Source: Tubulanus polymorphus
Taxonomy: Eukaryota > Animalia > Nemertea
Length of the DNA: 64,000 bases
Direction of reading: 5' to 3'
Assembly (NCBI RefSeq): GCF_964204645.1
Contig: NC_134027.1
Location: forward strand, 6,480,485-6,544,484
Shown: one piece after another, positions 62,385 through 64,000 of the stretch
Position numbering within the stretch: the stretch's first letter is position 1
How the letters are laid out: each line of letters starts with the position of its first letter
Position numbers and translations under genes: made by a program
Notes under the pieces: generated by a model
Seen by the model: only the letters and a program-made list of their open reading frames with translations
Told to the model about the DNA's origin: nothing
Databases searched by the model: none

Positions 62385-63667
62385 GTCACCCACATTTCAA
62401 TGCATTTTGCCTTTGAAGTAGGTAACACTAGCACCACTCACGGCGGTGGCTAACATTAAAATCATCTGAATAGAAGTATTCCGCCAATTTTTATCCAATG
62501 AAAAAGGTTCCGACTGTGTTGGAGCGAACAAAAAAGCACTATCGGAGGAGCGTTGTTAAAAGGCGAAATTGAAGACTGTGAATAATTTGATTTTAATTAG
62601 TGCGCAATAAGAATAAAATGTTTTGAATTGCGGAATTTAGGAAAAATAAAAGATGTTAAATTATATTTGAATGGTCTTGGCTTTACCAAAAACCTTAGTG
62701 ACTGTTGTACCACTGTTCACTAGGATCGCCGGTAGAGCGACGGAGATCACTGTGGAGACAACCACTGCCGGGGCTGGGTGAAGGTCTTGGCATACGATGC
62801 CAAATGCCATATGCCAAATGCCATACCATGCCAGGTTAAGAACTAATCCAAAAATTTTTTAATTTTGATCGTTAACGATAGCGATTTTGACGCGTCAAAT
62901 GAACATTGAATTCTGACAGTATATCTGCGATAGCGATTTGTTCTTTGACGGTATATCCGAGATCGAATTTGACGAGTCAATTACAGGAATTCTAGATTGA
63001 AAGGTTAGATTTGAATGAAATATCGAGATATATTTAAAATTAATCACCCTTTTCAGTTTTTGCTGATTATTGTCCATTTACAAGATTTTCCTCGTATATG
63101 TTTGTCACCAAAAATATATTTCAATGTATCTTTGTTGTCACGTATTTGTTGTAGCGAAAACGTCGGCATGTGATTTTATGGTTCGGTCGATGCTTTTGGA
63201 GTCGTTGAAAAATAGCACAGTCGAATCCCCTCCCTCTAATCGAAACAAAAACACGATTTCTATTTTGAAAAAATCTTACTTTATTCGCCTACAAATGCAT
63301 ATTGCTTCATTTCTATGATAGGAGTAAGTAATCGGAAAATATTTACGCAATTCTAATTATTGCAATCGACGTATTTTTAAGCAAGGAAGACGGTGCGCTA
63401 TTCATCACAGGTCATTAATGTATAAACTGTGGAGTTCATATATACGTCCATGTTATCACAGGTATTACAAATATAAAAGCCGCCAAAGATCACAGTGTAA
63501 ACTAAAAGAGAGAAAAATCATTGAGTTTCTTTTTCATAAATCACTTATGTACTTTTGTTTAATCGTCAATTCTTTATGAGATGAAGTATCAACAGATAGA
63601 CAAATCATGTCTTTAATGGCATCAAGTGAAGTTCCTAAAAAATATTATCACAAATCACTGAAAATAA

Positions 63668-63671
<4 letters not shown>

Positions 63672-63760
<89 letters not shown>
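63672..63760. repeat. (AT)n microsatellite, ~44 units
   Basis: Perfect ATAT run. Shorter simple repeats: (CT)n at ~2121-2155 and ~10081-10118, poly-C at ~23446-23459, (ATT)n at ~24335-24368. Confidence 0.97.
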
Positions 63761-63762
<2 letters not shown>

Positions 63763-64000
63763 AATATATCCACACGTCAAACGTTGAACCCGTGTTCGCT
63801 TATGAATTTCTCAAAATGTTCATTCTCCAATATAGTCATTACTTTATTTAGTGCGTATATCTAAAATGAAAATGAGAGAATCATGAGAGAATGTTCGGAT
63901 CATGAAAAAGAAGCCTTCGATCATCGATGCTTTTCGCAATTACAATCAATTACCTCTTGTCGCTGTCGTAATCTTTGTTGTCGACTGAGTTCCTTCGCTT

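Overview
AT-rich animal (probably invertebrate) genomic DNA with short GT-AG introns. The left half holds three conserved spliced genes: RREB1/hindsight-like C2H2 zinc-finger factor (+, ~10.6-17.5 kb, preceded by ~10 kb of non-coding DNA), CMTR2 cap-2 methyltransferase (-, 19.5-22.7 kb) and ZNF341 (+, 23.2-27.7 kb), the last two head-to-head. The right half is a dynamic tandem cluster of glyoxylate/hydroxypyruvate-reductase-like D-2-hydroxyacid dehydrogenase genes (- strand). It has three near-identical copies of gene A, gene B with a 7.4-kb intron filled by nested Helentron-associated (HINE/DINE-1-like) elements, and pseudogene C. An ~8.34-kb block (ZNF341 3' end + gene A + last exon of gene B + 5' part of the HINEs) is present three times. 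Its junction lies in a 31-bp hairpin minisatellite, and the middle copy looks like a recombinant of the outer two. Also present are several MITEs with TSDs, LINE RT fragments and a minimal hammerhead ribozyme. All calls are by eye and from recalled family motifs; no database searches were run.
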